A stretch of DNA of 64,000 nt, from NCBI GenBank assembly GCA_030591685.1, contig JAUVAX010000008.1, positions 1-64,000 of the forward strand, given 5' to 3'. The stretch comes from Pseudobdellovibrionaceae bacterium. Lineage in GTDB: Bacteria; Bdellovibrionota; Bdellovibrionia; Bdellovibrionales; UBA1609. Positions 49,589 through 59,039 of this stretch are shown here, piece after piece. A program made the position numbers and the translations under genes. Under the pieces are notes generated by a model. It saw only the letters and a program-made list of their open reading frames with translations, was not told the DNA's origin and ran no database searches. Position 1 is the first letter of the stretch. Each line of letters begins with the position of its first letter.

Positions 49589-50374
49589 ATGTTAAAATCA
49601 TTAAATACAGCAGCAACAGGGATGCAGGCACAACAGACCAATATGGATGTTATTTCAAATAATATTGCCAATATCTCAACAACAGGGTTTAAAAAAGGGC
49701 GAGCTGAATTTGAAGACTTACTTTACCATACTGAAAAAGAGCCAGGAGCGGCAACGGGGCTAAATTCGGTATCACCTACGGGTGTACAAGTTGGTATAGG
49801 GGTTAAAACCGCAGCTGTGAATAAAGATTTTTTGCAAGGCTCATCAAAAATCACAAAAAATGCATTTGATATGGAGATACAGGGGGCAGGGTTCTTCCCC
49901 GTACAGCTCAGCAATGGTCAGATTGGATACACAAGAGACGGAGCATTTAAAAAGGGCCCCGGTGGAGAACTTGTCACTAAAAATGGTTTTTCTCTACAGC
50001 CTCAAATTGTGATCCCGCCAGTAGCAAGTGGTATAGAGATTTCTCAAGAGGGGCAAATAAGTATTATTTCGCGACTAAATGCAGCGCCTCAAAACATTGG
50101 GCAAGTACAGCTGGTTAACTTTATTAACCCTGCCGGGTTAAGAAATATGGGTCAGAATATCTATATGCCCTCAGCAGCGAGTGGAGTACCACAGCAGGGT
50201 GTGCCGGGGCAAAATGGGCTAGGATATGTGTCACAAGGGCAATTAGAAATGAGTAACGTTAACATTGTGGATGAAATGGTAAATATGATCACCGCACAAA
50301 GGGCCTACGAAACAAATGCTAAAGTCATTCAGGCCTCAGATCAAATGCTGCAACAAATAAATAACATGAGGTAA
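49589..50374 (+). CDS. flgG: flagellar basal-body rod protein FlgG
   Basis: SNNIANISTTGFKKGRAEFEDL, YTRDG, EMVNMITAQRAYE. Confidence 0.96.
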   Translation: MLKSLNTAATGMQAQQTNMDVISNNIANISTTGFKKGRAEFEDLLYHTEKEPGAATGLNSVSPTGVQVGIGVKTAAVNKDFLQGSSKITKNAFDMEIQGAGFFPVQLSNGQIGYTRDGAFKKGPGGELVTKNGFSLQPQIVIPPVASGIEISQEGQISIISRLNAAPQNIGQVQLVNFINPAGLRNMGQNIYMPSAASGVPQQGVPGQNGLGYVSQGQLEMSNVNIVDEMVNMITAQRAYETNAKVIQASDQMLQQINNMR

Positions 50375-50377
50375 TAA

Positions 50378-51310
50378 TTGAAAACTTTTTTGATAACATT
50401 ATTAATTTTTAGCATCACCCCTGTTATTTATGCGGGTCAAATCAATGTTAAATCATCGGTTTCTATAGTGAATAAAAAATACATTTCACTCAAAGATATT
50501 GTGGAGTTTAAAAATGTAAGTGCTCGTTTAGTTAAAGACATAGGAGACATAAAACTGAGTGACGCCCCGGCAAAGGGAGAGCGAAAAATTTTTACAAACC
50601 GTGCTATTTCAAAAATATTAAGAAAAAAACTAAAAGGTAAGGGCGTAAAATTTAAAATCCCAAAGTATATAACCGTTGAGAGCCCTGTTTATACGATTAC
50701 AAGAAATAGTGTTAAGGCTAAGCTTATAGGTTTTTGGAAAACCCTTTGTGATGAGTGCGAGTTTAATATCACTCAAATAAATATGCCAACAATCCCCGCT
50801 CAATACAAGTCGAACAACTGGTCTCTGCCTGAGGGGGGTCAGCTGCCAAAGGGCAGTTTTAATCAGCACTTGAGGGTCGAGAATGGCTCACAAAATGTAA
50901 ACTTTTGGATCACAGGGCAGGTGAAAGTTTTAAAAATAGTACCTGTACTTAAAAGAACACTGTTCGTCGGGCAAAAAATTCAACCCGGTGACTTTGAGTA
51001 TAAAAAACGTGAAGTTACATTTTTACAAAACAGAGTAAACCCTGACAAGAACCAAATCGTTGGTAAAAGAGTACGCAGAGGCCTGCGCTCTGGAGAAATC
51101 ATTTGGTTAGACTCTTTAGAGAGAAGCAAAGCCTTAAGAAGGGGCGACGTGGTGACCGTTGTCTCTAGTAATAGCAGTTGGTCCATAGCGATTAAAGCGG
51201 TAGCACAACAAGATGGCTTTGTAGGGGATTTAGTAAGGTTACTCAATCAAGTTTCAAATAAGATTATAATGGGAAAGGTTATAAGTGAAAACCTCGTGGA
51301 GCTACAATGA
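50378..51310 (+). CDS. flgA: flagellar P-ring chaperone FlgA
   Basis: Signal peptide; RRGDVV, AQQDG..GD.V...N. Confidence 0.88.
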   Translation: MKTFLITLLIFSITPVIYAGQINVKSSVSIVNKKYISLKDIVEFKNVSARLVKDIGDIKLSDAPAKGERKIFTNRAISKILRKKLKGKGVKFKIPKYITVESPVYTITRNSVKAKLIGFWKTLCDECEFNITQINMPTIPAQYKSNNWSLPEGGQLPKGSFNQHLRVENGSQNVNFWITGQVKVLKIVPVLKRTLFVGQKIQPGDFEYKKREVTFLQNRVNPDKNQIVGKRVRRGLRSGEIIWLDSLERSKALRRGDVVTVVSSNSSWSIAIKAVAQQDGFVGDLVRLLNQVSNKIIMGKVISENLVELQ

Positions 51311-52047
51311 CTAAATATACAATTTTAATATTAATTTTTATAAGCCTAACGGGTTGTGCAAACTTTGGTAAAAAAATGAAGGCACTCGTGTCCGGTAAGG
51401 ACGCCAAAAAAGGGCCGGTTAAAATAAAGTCAGTAAATTTTTCAGATAAAGATTTTCATAGGTCAGGGCCTCGAAGGCAGTACACCAGGGTTACAAAAAA
51501 ATCATTAGAGCAAGCCAATCAGTTAAATTCAAGAGCCGGATCACTTTGGGTCATGGAGGGGCAGGGGTCTTATTTATTTTCACAAAATGTTGTTCGAATG
51601 ATTGGTGACTCTATGTCTGTACGCTTAGAGGGCGACCCGCGAGACCAACTAGAGGCGAAGGTGCAAGTCATACAAAACTTATTAGATAAAATAAAAGAGC
51701 GAAAAAAACAAAAAGCACGTCGATTGGCTTCGAAAAGAAACAAAGTAAAGGGTAAACAAAAAGCCGAAGAGCCCTCGGCAAAAAAAGTAGATACAAAAAA
51801 AGTGGCCTCAAAGGAGGGTGCATTAAGTGTTAAAACCGTACCTACAAGAATCGTAGAGAGAATGTTAGATGGAAATTACCGCATAAAGGGGAGCCAACCC
51901 TTCATGCTCGATAAGTACGAATATAAGGTGATTGTTATGGGAGTTGTTAGGTCAGAGGATTTTAACGAAGAAGGGGTCAGCGCATCAAAACTCCTTGATC
52001 CAAAGTTTGAAATTGTGAGTTCAAGAAGGAGTGTATCCAGACTATGA
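51307..52047 (+). CDS. flgH: flagellar L-ring protein FlgH
   Basis: LTG-C lipobox, GSLW, DGNYRIKG, GVVR.ED; between flgA and flgI. Confidence 0.85.
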   Translation: MTKYTILILIFISLTGCANFGKKMKALVSGKDAKKGPVKIKSVNFSDKDFHRSGPRRQYTRVTKKSLEQANQLNSRAGSLWVMEGQGSYLFSQNVVRMIGDSMSVRLEGDPRDQLEAKVQVIQNLLDKIKERKKQKARRLASKRNKVKGKQKAEEPSAKKVDTKKVASKEGALSVKTVPTRIVERMLDGNYRIKGSQPFMLDKYEYKVIVMGVVRSEDFNEEGVSASKLLDPKFEIVSSRRSVSRL

Positions 52048-53045
52048 AAACTTTAACTGTATTTCATGTAGTAATGTTTGTATTAACAATAGGCATAACG
52101 TCAGAGGCCGCACGATTAAAAGATGTAGCTAATATTAGAGGCGTTCGTGCAAATCAGTTAGTGGGCTACGGCGTAGTTGTCGGGCTTAAAGGAACAGGGG
52201 ACAGCAAGGCAGAGTTTACTAATAAAAGTATCGAGAGAATGTTTGACAAGTTGGGAATGAAAACTTCAAGTAAAGATATTGCCAGTAAAAATGTGGCCGC
52301 TGTGATTATAACAGCAAAGCTCCCGCCTTTTTCAAGGGCTGGGAACGAAATTGATATCACAGTAAGTGCTGTGGGTGATGCTTCGAGTTTAAAGGGCGGT
52401 ACGTTAATACAAACGCCACTTAGAGCTGCCGATCAGCAAATTTATGCAGTGGCACAGGGCTCAGTACTTGTTGGGTATAGTGCCGAAGGGGTTCATGAAA
52501 CAGTGGCTCGTTTACCTAACGGAGCTATGATTGAGCGTGATTTAGGTGGAGATTTTTCGAAACGAAAAATGTTCAGGCTAACGTTGCATAACCCTGACTT
52601 TACCACGGCGGCTCGTGTAGCAAAAAAAATAAATATTGATCTTGCTGGTAAGTACGCCAGTGCAAAGGATGCAAGTACAATTGATTTAATCTCCCCGCCC
52701 GCTTATGAAGGTCGAGGTGTTGAGCTCTTGGCATTAATCGAAAGTCTAGAAGTTCTGCCTGATATTAACGCTAAAGTTGTGGTTAATGAAAAAACAGGTA
52801 CGGTAGTTATAGGGCATAGAGTGAAAATTTCTACAGTAGCAATCATGCATGGTGACCTTTCTCTGAGGGTTGGTAAGAAAAGTAAAAAAGGCGGAGACAG
52901 GGTTATTGCTTTAAAGGAAACGGCAAATGTAGGTGAACTTGTCAAGGCTATGAATAGTCTAGGTGTCTCTCCTAAAGACCTGATAACAATACTTCAAAGT
53001 ATTAAGGCAGCTGGAGCTTTGCAGGGGGAAATCGAAGTTTTATGA
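52044..53045 (+). CDS. flgI: flagellar P-ring protein FlgI
   Basis: RLKD, NQLVGYGVVVGLKGTGD, KNVAAV, AAGAL. Confidence 0.96.
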   Translation: MKTLTVFHVVMFVLTIGITSEAARLKDVANIRGVRANQLVGYGVVVGLKGTGDSKAEFTNKSIERMFDKLGMKTSSKDIASKNVAAVIITAKLPPFSRAGNEIDITVSAVGDASSLKGGTLIQTPLRAADQQIYAVAQGSVLVGYSAEGVHETVARLPNGAMIERDLGGDFSKRKMFRLTLHNPDFTTAARVAKKINIDLAGKYASAKDASTIDLISPPAYEGRGVELLALIESLEVLPDINAKVVVNEKTGTVVIGHRVKISTVAIMHGDLSLRVGKKSKKGGDRVIALKETANVGELVKAMNSLGVSPKDLITILQSIKAAGALQGEIEVL

Positions 53046-53359
53046 AAAATAAATTTTATTTTTATGATTTTAATTTTAAAATATTTAAAGGGTCGTTTTA
53101 CACATGGATGTGTAGCGCCTCTGGGGATGGTGAGTTAGAGAGCGTTAACCAAGGACGGATAGCTGATTACAGTTTCTCGCAGGAAACGGTCGGCAAAATT
53201 AAAGTTCAGTGTAGGTCAAGGATTGACCACATACAGACTTTACTTAAGAGTGCAGGATGCACGTTGGTTTCTGGCTCATCTACCCCCTTTTTTTTTCATT
53301 TTGGTAGAAGACAATCATTGATATATAAAGCAGTAAACACCCCATTTCTGGCGGTATAG
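53042..53359 (+). CDS. hypothetical protein inside flg operon
   Basis: ATGA-coupled to flgI and ends 2 nt before flgJ; no recognisable motif. Confidence 0.4.
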   Translation: MKNKFYFYDFNFKIFKGSFYTWMCSASGDGELESVNQGRIADYSFSQETVGKIKVQCRSRIDHIQTLLKSAGCTLVSGSSTPFFFHFGRRQSLIYKAVNTPFLAV

Positions 53360-53361
53360 TT

Positions 53362-54069
53362 GTGGGGTCGATACCTATTAAAGGTGCACTGCCAATTAAC
53401 CCTAGAGCACAGTTGAAGCCCTCTGAGTTTCAATTGAAACAAAAACAAAAACTCAGACAAGCCTCTCAAATGTATGAGCAAAAATTTCTAAATACTATGG
53501 TTGCGCAAATGCGAAAAACCGTTTCTAAAAGTGGGCTAGTAAAACAATCTTTTACTGAAGGTTATTTTCAAGATCGCTTAGATAATAATTATGTAGAAGC
53601 GTGGACAAAAAAGGGAGGGATAGGTCTGGCTGATTTAATTTATAATCAGCTAGAAGAAAAAATATTCCCTAAGCCTCACCGAATGCTAAAGCCTCAGGGG
53701 CCGCTCCCTGTAGCTCCAGGTAAAGCACACCCTATAAAAACGAACAAGGTAGAGCCAAAATTTAAAGTCATAGAGTCCCCTCCAGCTGATGGTTCGCGAG
53801 GGGTAAACTTTCATATACAAAAGGGGTCACCCCTAAATGACAACATTGCGCTCACCGCACCCTGGGGGGGAGAGGTGACAGATGTTTCATCGAATGGTTT
53901 AATAAATACGATTAAAATTTCACACAAAGACGAGTTACAAAGTGTGATTAGTTTTAATGGCACAATGCAGGCCTTAAATCGGGGAGAGTTACTACAACCT
54001 GGACAGGAGTTGGGGCAATTAAGCGGGGCCTCGTCTGGTTTTTTTTGGGGAGTACGGTTAAAGTCCTAA
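53362..54069 (+). CDS. flgJ: FlgJ-type rod-binding protein with degenerate M23-like C-terminal domain
   Basis: LRQASQMYE..F...M...MRKTV and GGIGLADLIYNQL rod-binding motif; position between flgI and flgM. Confidence 0.8.
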   Translation: MGSIPIKGALPINPRAQLKPSEFQLKQKQKLRQASQMYEQKFLNTMVAQMRKTVSKSGLVKQSFTEGYFQDRLDNNYVEAWTKKGGIGLADLIYNQLEEKIFPKPHRMLKPQGPLPVAPGKAHPIKTNKVEPKFKVIESPPADGSRGVNFHIQKGSPLNDNIALTAPWGGEVTDVSSNGLINTIKISHKDELQSVISFNGTMQALNRGELLQPGQELGQLSGASSGFFWGVRLKS

Positions 54070-54155
54070 AACGGCTATAAAGCTGTATTAGAAGGGCTTT
54101 TACCATTTGGAATTAGGTCTCATTATGGTACAATTAACTGTGTATTGGAGGAATT

Positions 54156-54473
54156 ATGAAGATTTCTAATAACTTAGGCGCTGACAGTAAACTGTCAAAC
54201 CTAGACAAAGCAAAAAGTAAGTCGGACGACAATCTAGGGGCGTTGGGTAAAAATAAGCAGGGAACTAGCAGTGCTGATATTAATTCGGCAGCAAAGGTGA
54301 ACCTTTCTGAGTCAGCGCAGAGAATGAACAAAGCTAAGGCTATCGCTAGCGAGCCATCTATTAATGATGCAAAAGTAGAGAGGCTTCAAAAGTTAATTGA
54401 TGGTGGTGAGTATAAAATTGATGCTTCAGCAGTTGCGGATCGCTTAGTAGATGAACATTTGTTAATGTCATGA
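54156..54473 (+). CDS. flgM: anti-sigma-28 factor FlgM
   Basis: VNLS, KVERLQKLIDGGEYKIDASAVAD. Confidence 0.92.
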   Translation: MKISNNLGADSKLSNLDKAKSKSDDNLGALGKNKQGTSSADINSAAKVNLSESAQRMNKAKAIASEPSINDAKVERLQKLIDGGEYKIDASAVADRLVDEHLLMS

Positions 54474-54495
54474 ATTTATAGTTAGGGGTTTTAAT

Positions 54496-55011
54496 ATGCA
54501 AAAGTCACAACTAAAAAGCTATGATAATTTAATTTGTAGTCTTCAACAAATTATTAAAGTCTACAGGGGCCTGCTAGATAACTTGCGGTCAGAAAAAAAC
54601 ATATTAATTCAAGCTGATTTGAACGACCTTAACAAAAACAATGTGGCCAAAGAGAAACTACTGGTACACGTCGGCCGACTTGAAAAGCAAAGAGTTCTTT
54701 TAACAAAAGAATTCGCTACTGTAATTGAGTTTAACTCTGAAGACCCCCGATTATTAGATATAGCCAATCATCTTGGTGGAGAAAGCGGGGACAAGTTAAG
54801 AAACCTTCACTCAGTGCTTGTGTTGTTATTAAAGCGAGTGAAAGAGCACAATGATCAAAATGATGTTTTAGTGCGTTCAGCCCTTGAAAACGTAACGGGC
54901 GCTATGAAGAGCATAAAAGAAACTGTGTCGGAGGGCTCGACGTATAAAAGAAAAGGAAACGTGCTGAAAGGCACAACCCAGTCAGGACGACTGGTCAGTA
55001 AAGAGGCTTAG
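54496..55011 (+). CDS. flgN: flagellar export chaperone FlgN
   Basis: Helical, N..N..L motif; between flgM and flgK. Confidence 0.85.
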   Translation: MQKSQLKSYDNLICSLQQIIKVYRGLLDNLRSEKNILIQADLNDLNKNNVAKEKLLVHVGRLEKQRVLLTKEFATVIEFNSEDPRLLDIANHLGGESGDKLRNLHSVLVLLLKRVKEHNDQNDVLVRSALENVTGAMKSIKETVSEGSTYKRKGNVLKGTTQSGRLVSKEA

Positions 55012-55039
55012 GGCTTTTTAAGGACTGAAAGGCGACAGG

Positions 55040-56467
55040 ATGTCGAAGATTAACTCCATGTTGAATATTGGGCGCAGATCTATGCAAAATAGTTCTTCTG
55101 CGCTACAGACCGTCAGTCACAATATTGCCAATAAAAACACCAAGGGCTTTTCAAGACAAAGGGTTGAATTTGAAACCAACGAACCTGTTGGGCACGGTAA
55201 TACGCGCGTAGGCATGGGGGCTCGCCCAGGAATGATTAGAAGAATTAACAACCCCTACCTGGAGAAGCAAATAGAAAAAGAGGGGATGGGCTTAGGCCGC
55301 TCTGAGGGGCGTTCTGAGAGTCTTTCAAGAGTTGAAGAAGTCTATAACGAGCAAGTCAACAAGGGTTTAAATCGATTTATGGGTGAATTTTTTAACGCCT
55401 TTAGAGAGCTTTCAAATAATCCAGAGAGTTTAGCTTCAAGAACAATGGTTAAAGAGTCGGCGGATTTTTTAACAAAAGATTTCAAGCGCGTTGGTACACA
55501 GCTATCCGGTATTCAAAGGGATATAGATTATCAATTGGCTGCACATGTTGAAGAGATCAATCAAATGACAAAAGAAATTGCTCAACTCAATGAAAAAGTA
55601 CAACTTGTAACTATGCAGGGCGGCCCCGCTAATGATGAGCGAGACAGAAGGGATGTACTTTTAAAAGAACTCGGCGAAAAAATTAATATTAAATACGGCG
55701 AAAGCGATGATGGTTTAATTTCAATAACAGCCGGCTCATCGGCGGTTGTGGTGAGTGGTCTTGGTAGTCGAGAGTTATTTGTCAGTGCCACGGGTGCAAA
55801 GGGTACAAAGGGTGAAGGTAACTTTGATGTGTTTTATAAGCCGACAGACACAGGAACCCCTGTAAATATCACACGTCAGCTCACTGGTGGTAAAATAGGT
55901 GGGCTTTTAAATGTTCGTGATGAAGTTATTAATGGATTTAAAAGAAATCTGGATGAAATGGCCTATACTTTAGCAAGTGAGGTGAATGAAGCTCATGTGT
56001 CAGGGTTTGACCATTATAACAAAAAAGGCGGGGCCTTTTTTGCCCCATTAAAAAAAGTAGAAGGTGCCGCTAATGAGTTGCAGGTTAATAATCAAATTTT
56101 AGGTGACGTGGGTTTTATTGTGTCTGCCGCAAGCCCAAATGCTCCTGGTGACAACACTATTGCTAATATTTTGTCTTCGTTACAATATAAATCTGTGATG
56201 AATGGTGGCAAGGCCACTATTGATGAGTTTTATAACTCTCAAGTGGGCAAGGTGGGCATACTTTCTAATAGGGCCAACAATGAGAGGGAATCACAGAACG
56301 CTCTTGTAAAACAACTTGAACGAATACGAGAAAGTGTGAGTGGTGTTAATTTAGATGAAGAGACAACGAAACTCATTGAGTATCAAAAGAGTTTTGATGC
56401 TTCGGCGAGGTTAATACGTACGGCGGACGAAATGATGGATACAGTTTTAAACTTAAAAAGGTTTTAG
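55040..56467 (+). CDS. flgK: flagellar hook-associated protein FlgK
   Basis: SHNIANKNTKGFSRQRV, SVSGVNLDEE. Confidence 0.96.
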   Translation: MSKINSMLNIGRRSMQNSSSALQTVSHNIANKNTKGFSRQRVEFETNEPVGHGNTRVGMGARPGMIRRINNPYLEKQIEKEGMGLGRSEGRSESLSRVEEVYNEQVNKGLNRFMGEFFNAFRELSNNPESLASRTMVKESADFLTKDFKRVGTQLSGIQRDIDYQLAAHVEEINQMTKEIAQLNEKVQLVTMQGGPANDERDRRDVLLKELGEKINIKYGESDDGLISITAGSSAVVVSGLGSRELFVSATGAKGTKGEGNFDVFYKPTDTGTPVNITRQLTGGKIGGLLNVRDEVINGFKRNLDEMAYTLASEVNEAHVSGFDHYNKKGGAFFAPLKKVEGAANELQVNNQILGDVGFIVSAASPNAPGDNTIANILSSLQYKSVMNGGKATIDEFYNSQVGKVGILSNRANNERESQNALVKQLERIRESVSGVNLDEETTKLIEYQKSFDASARLIRTADEMMDTVLNLKRF

Positions 56468-56477
56468 GTAAACGATT

Positions 56478-57584
56478 ATGAGAATAGCTGACACAATGGT
56501 ATTTGAGCAAACGAGGGAGAATTTAGGGACGAATCGTTCAAAATTAGCTCATTTACAGAACAAAGCGGCTACTCAAAAAAGAGTCACAAAGCCCTCTGAC
56601 GATCCTGTGGCGGCAGCGCGAGTGCTGGCCTCAAGAATTGACCTCTCCGGGCAAAAGCAGTACTTAAAAAATTTAAATTATGCAAAATCATTTTTAGACT
56701 TTACAGATCAATCCTTAGGCGAGCTCTCAGAGCTACTGATAAGGGCCAAGGAGCTTGTATTAGGTCAGGCCTCAGACGCTTCATCAAACACCGAATCCCG
56801 AAGGGTTGTCGGCACAGAGGTAGCTCAGTTATTTAGACAGTCTGTAAACATAGGGAATAGAAAGCTCGGTGATCGCTATATATTTGGGGGGTACAAAACA
56901 ACAACCCCACCATTTTCGTCTAAGGGGCAATACGAAGGGGATAAGGGTGAAATATTAATTCACGTAAATAAAGACTCATTTATGGCTATGAATATCCCTG
57001 GCAGTAAAGTTTTTGGCGGTGAGGGTTTAACAAATGGTGGGGCGGGACATGTGGCTAATGTTCAAGCAAAAACAGTAGAGGCCCTTAAAGAGCAGCAGCT
57101 TCAAAAAAAGCAGGCCACAGATCAAAAAAATGACCCCGGTTATGATTCAGTGTCACTAAGGGGGCCAGCATCTGTCGGGGGCTCTCCGGGTAGTACTGAG
57201 AGTGAGGCGCCTCAGAGCAAAGGGGTAGAGAGTGAGGATAGCGGTGATGGCCAAAATCTATTTGTCATGTTGCAAAACCTTGAAATCAGTTTAATGGCCG
57301 ATGATAAAGCGGGGATTCAGGACTCTATTGATGAGTTAGACTCTGCTATTAATCAAGTTGTGCTCTCAAGGTCCCACGTGGGGGCCCGTGTGACGGCCAT
57401 TGATAATACTTTTGAGTCACTTCAAAAAGCGAAGGTCGATAGCCAGACTACAATCTCGCAATTAGAGGATGCTGACATTTATGAACTAGTCAGTGACATA
57501 ACTAAAACAGAGAGCGCTTTACAGGCCACCTTATCCACTTCAGCCAAAATTCTACAACCTAGTTTACTTGATTTTCTAAGATAA
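56478..57584 (+). CDS. flgL: flagellar hook-associated protein FlgL
   Basis: KPSDDP, RYIFGG, SLLDFLR. Confidence 0.95.
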   Translation: MRIADTMVFEQTRENLGTNRSKLAHLQNKAATQKRVTKPSDDPVAAARVLASRIDLSGQKQYLKNLNYAKSFLDFTDQSLGELSELLIRAKELVLGQASDASSNTESRRVVGTEVAQLFRQSVNIGNRKLGDRYIFGGYKTTTPPFSSKGQYEGDKGEILIHVNKDSFMAMNIPGSKVFGGEGLTNGGAGHVANVQAKTVEALKEQQLQKKQATDQKNDPGYDSVSLRGPASVGGSPGSTESEAPQSKGVESEDSGDGQNLFVMLQNLEISLMADDKAGIQDSIDELDSAINQVVLSRSHVGARVTAIDNTFESLQKAKVDSQTTISQLEDADIYELVSDITKTESALQATLSTSAKILQPSLLDFLR

Positions 57585-57879
57585 AAGTAAAAATCCAAAA
57601 ATAATTTAAAAAAATTATTCTTAAACGTAAATATATTAGTCCACGACTATGCTTTAAATAGATTCGCTGAGAAAACACTACGACTCTTCTCAACCAATCT
57701 TAGCCTTTGTGATTAAGGACTCATCACTACAAAATTATCCATAAATTAGTATTATATTCCTAAATTTCGGACAAATTTCATAACAAGGCTCCCTTGTTAC
57801 ATAACGCAAAATCTATATTTCCTAAATATTAACAGATAGTTAGGGTCGTCCCGTCGAAGTCCCAACAAATTAAAACTAA

Positions 57880-57895
57880 TGGCATATTAATTGCT
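57880..57895 (+). promoter_or_regulatory. sigma-54 promoter of the orphan secreted-protein operon
   Basis: TGGCAT-ATTAA-TTGCT; same -24/-12 boxes as flgF promoter; about 50 nt upstream of ATG 57944. Confidence 0.8.
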
Positions 57896-57943
57896 ATAGA
57901 GGTTGTTAAGGATCACTCGAAAACAATAAGGACACAGTAAATA

Positions 57944-59038
57944 ATGAAATTCCTCACTTTATTAATTACTCTTAATGTAGCTTTAGCCTCGTTGGCCCAG
58001 TCAGTGGGGTTCCAAAAGAATGATCTGTTTGCTGACCTCTTTAAGTACAGCTACAATTCATCAAAACTTATTAAAAGCGAATTTTATAATCTAGCAGATT
58101 ATATGATGTCAGAATGTGAAGCACATGATCATAAACTAAACTTTCTATGTGAGTTCCCCATCTCGGTCTCTGAATTCAGGCAAAGAGAACGTTGGATTAC
58201 TGAAAATACGCTTGATCCTATGAACCCATTAAGTGGCGGTCAAATTTATCTAGCTCAGGATGAATGGACAGATCATGATATAAGGACTCTCAGCTGGAGT
58301 CTCGGCCTTGCACTTACAGGATTAGACGAACAAACATCTATTGTAAAAAAGACTCTAGGTTGGTTACTCCTAAAGGAATCTGTAAAGTTTGAGGCTAAAA
58401 AACTAAAGGACCTCTTTAAATGGCGATCATCCAAAAAAGCCTATCAATTGGAATATACTTCTCTACCGCATATAATATCGAGTTTACAGAGCCCCTACGC
58501 TTTTTCTCAAGCCATCGACTTTGCCGAACAAATTGAATGCAGAGATCTTGTGATTTGCCTTGATATAAAAAGAGCACTGAAAAATATGGCCATAAATAAC
58601 ATTTTAAACCCAAGTATTATGGGAAAATCTAAAGCTATTTTGAAGGGGCTAAGGGCGGAGAACGAGTATACCTCTGGCCGAGTAAAAGTGGCCTTTGAGA
58701 GGGTCAGCCTTATAAAGAAATTAAGTAAGGCTGTCTATGAGAAAAAAGACATGGGGGATAACCAGCACTTACTTAATACTCTTGTCGAAGTATTAAAAAG
58801 GGATGTTGTTTCATATAGAAGGCTCACCCTTTCGTTACATATAATTAAATTAGAAACTCTAATTGAATATCAAGAGAAGTATAAAAACCAAGTAGTCACA
58901 AAAGATTTACCTTATATAAAAAACTACCCCGGGTATAAATTATTAGAGGATAAAATTAAAAATGACATCATAGAAACATTTAGAGTTCTGTCTCATGAAT
59001 TAGAAAACACACAAAATGGCCTTGAAAATGGAGGGTAA
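57944..59038 (+). CDS. secreted hypothetical helical protein (operon gene A)
   Basis: Signal ending SLA; SD AAGGA; two Cys pairs. Confidence 0.8.
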   Translation: MKFLTLLITLNVALASLAQSVGFQKNDLFADLFKYSYNSSKLIKSEFYNLADYMMSECEAHDHKLNFLCEFPISVSEFRQRERWITENTLDPMNPLSGGQIYLAQDEWTDHDIRTLSWSLGLALTGLDEQTSIVKKTLGWLLLKESVKFEAKKLKDLFKWRSSKKAYQLEYTSLPHIISSLQSPYAFSQAIDFAEQIECRDLVICLDIKRALKNMAINNILNPSIMGKSKAILKGLRAENEYTSGRVKVAFERVSLIKKLSKAVYEKKDMGDNQHLLNTLVEVLKRDVVSYRRLTLSLHIIKLETLIEYQEKYKNQVVTKDLPYIKNYPGYKLLEDKIKNDIIETFRVLSHELENTQNGLENGG

Positions 59039-59039
59039 A

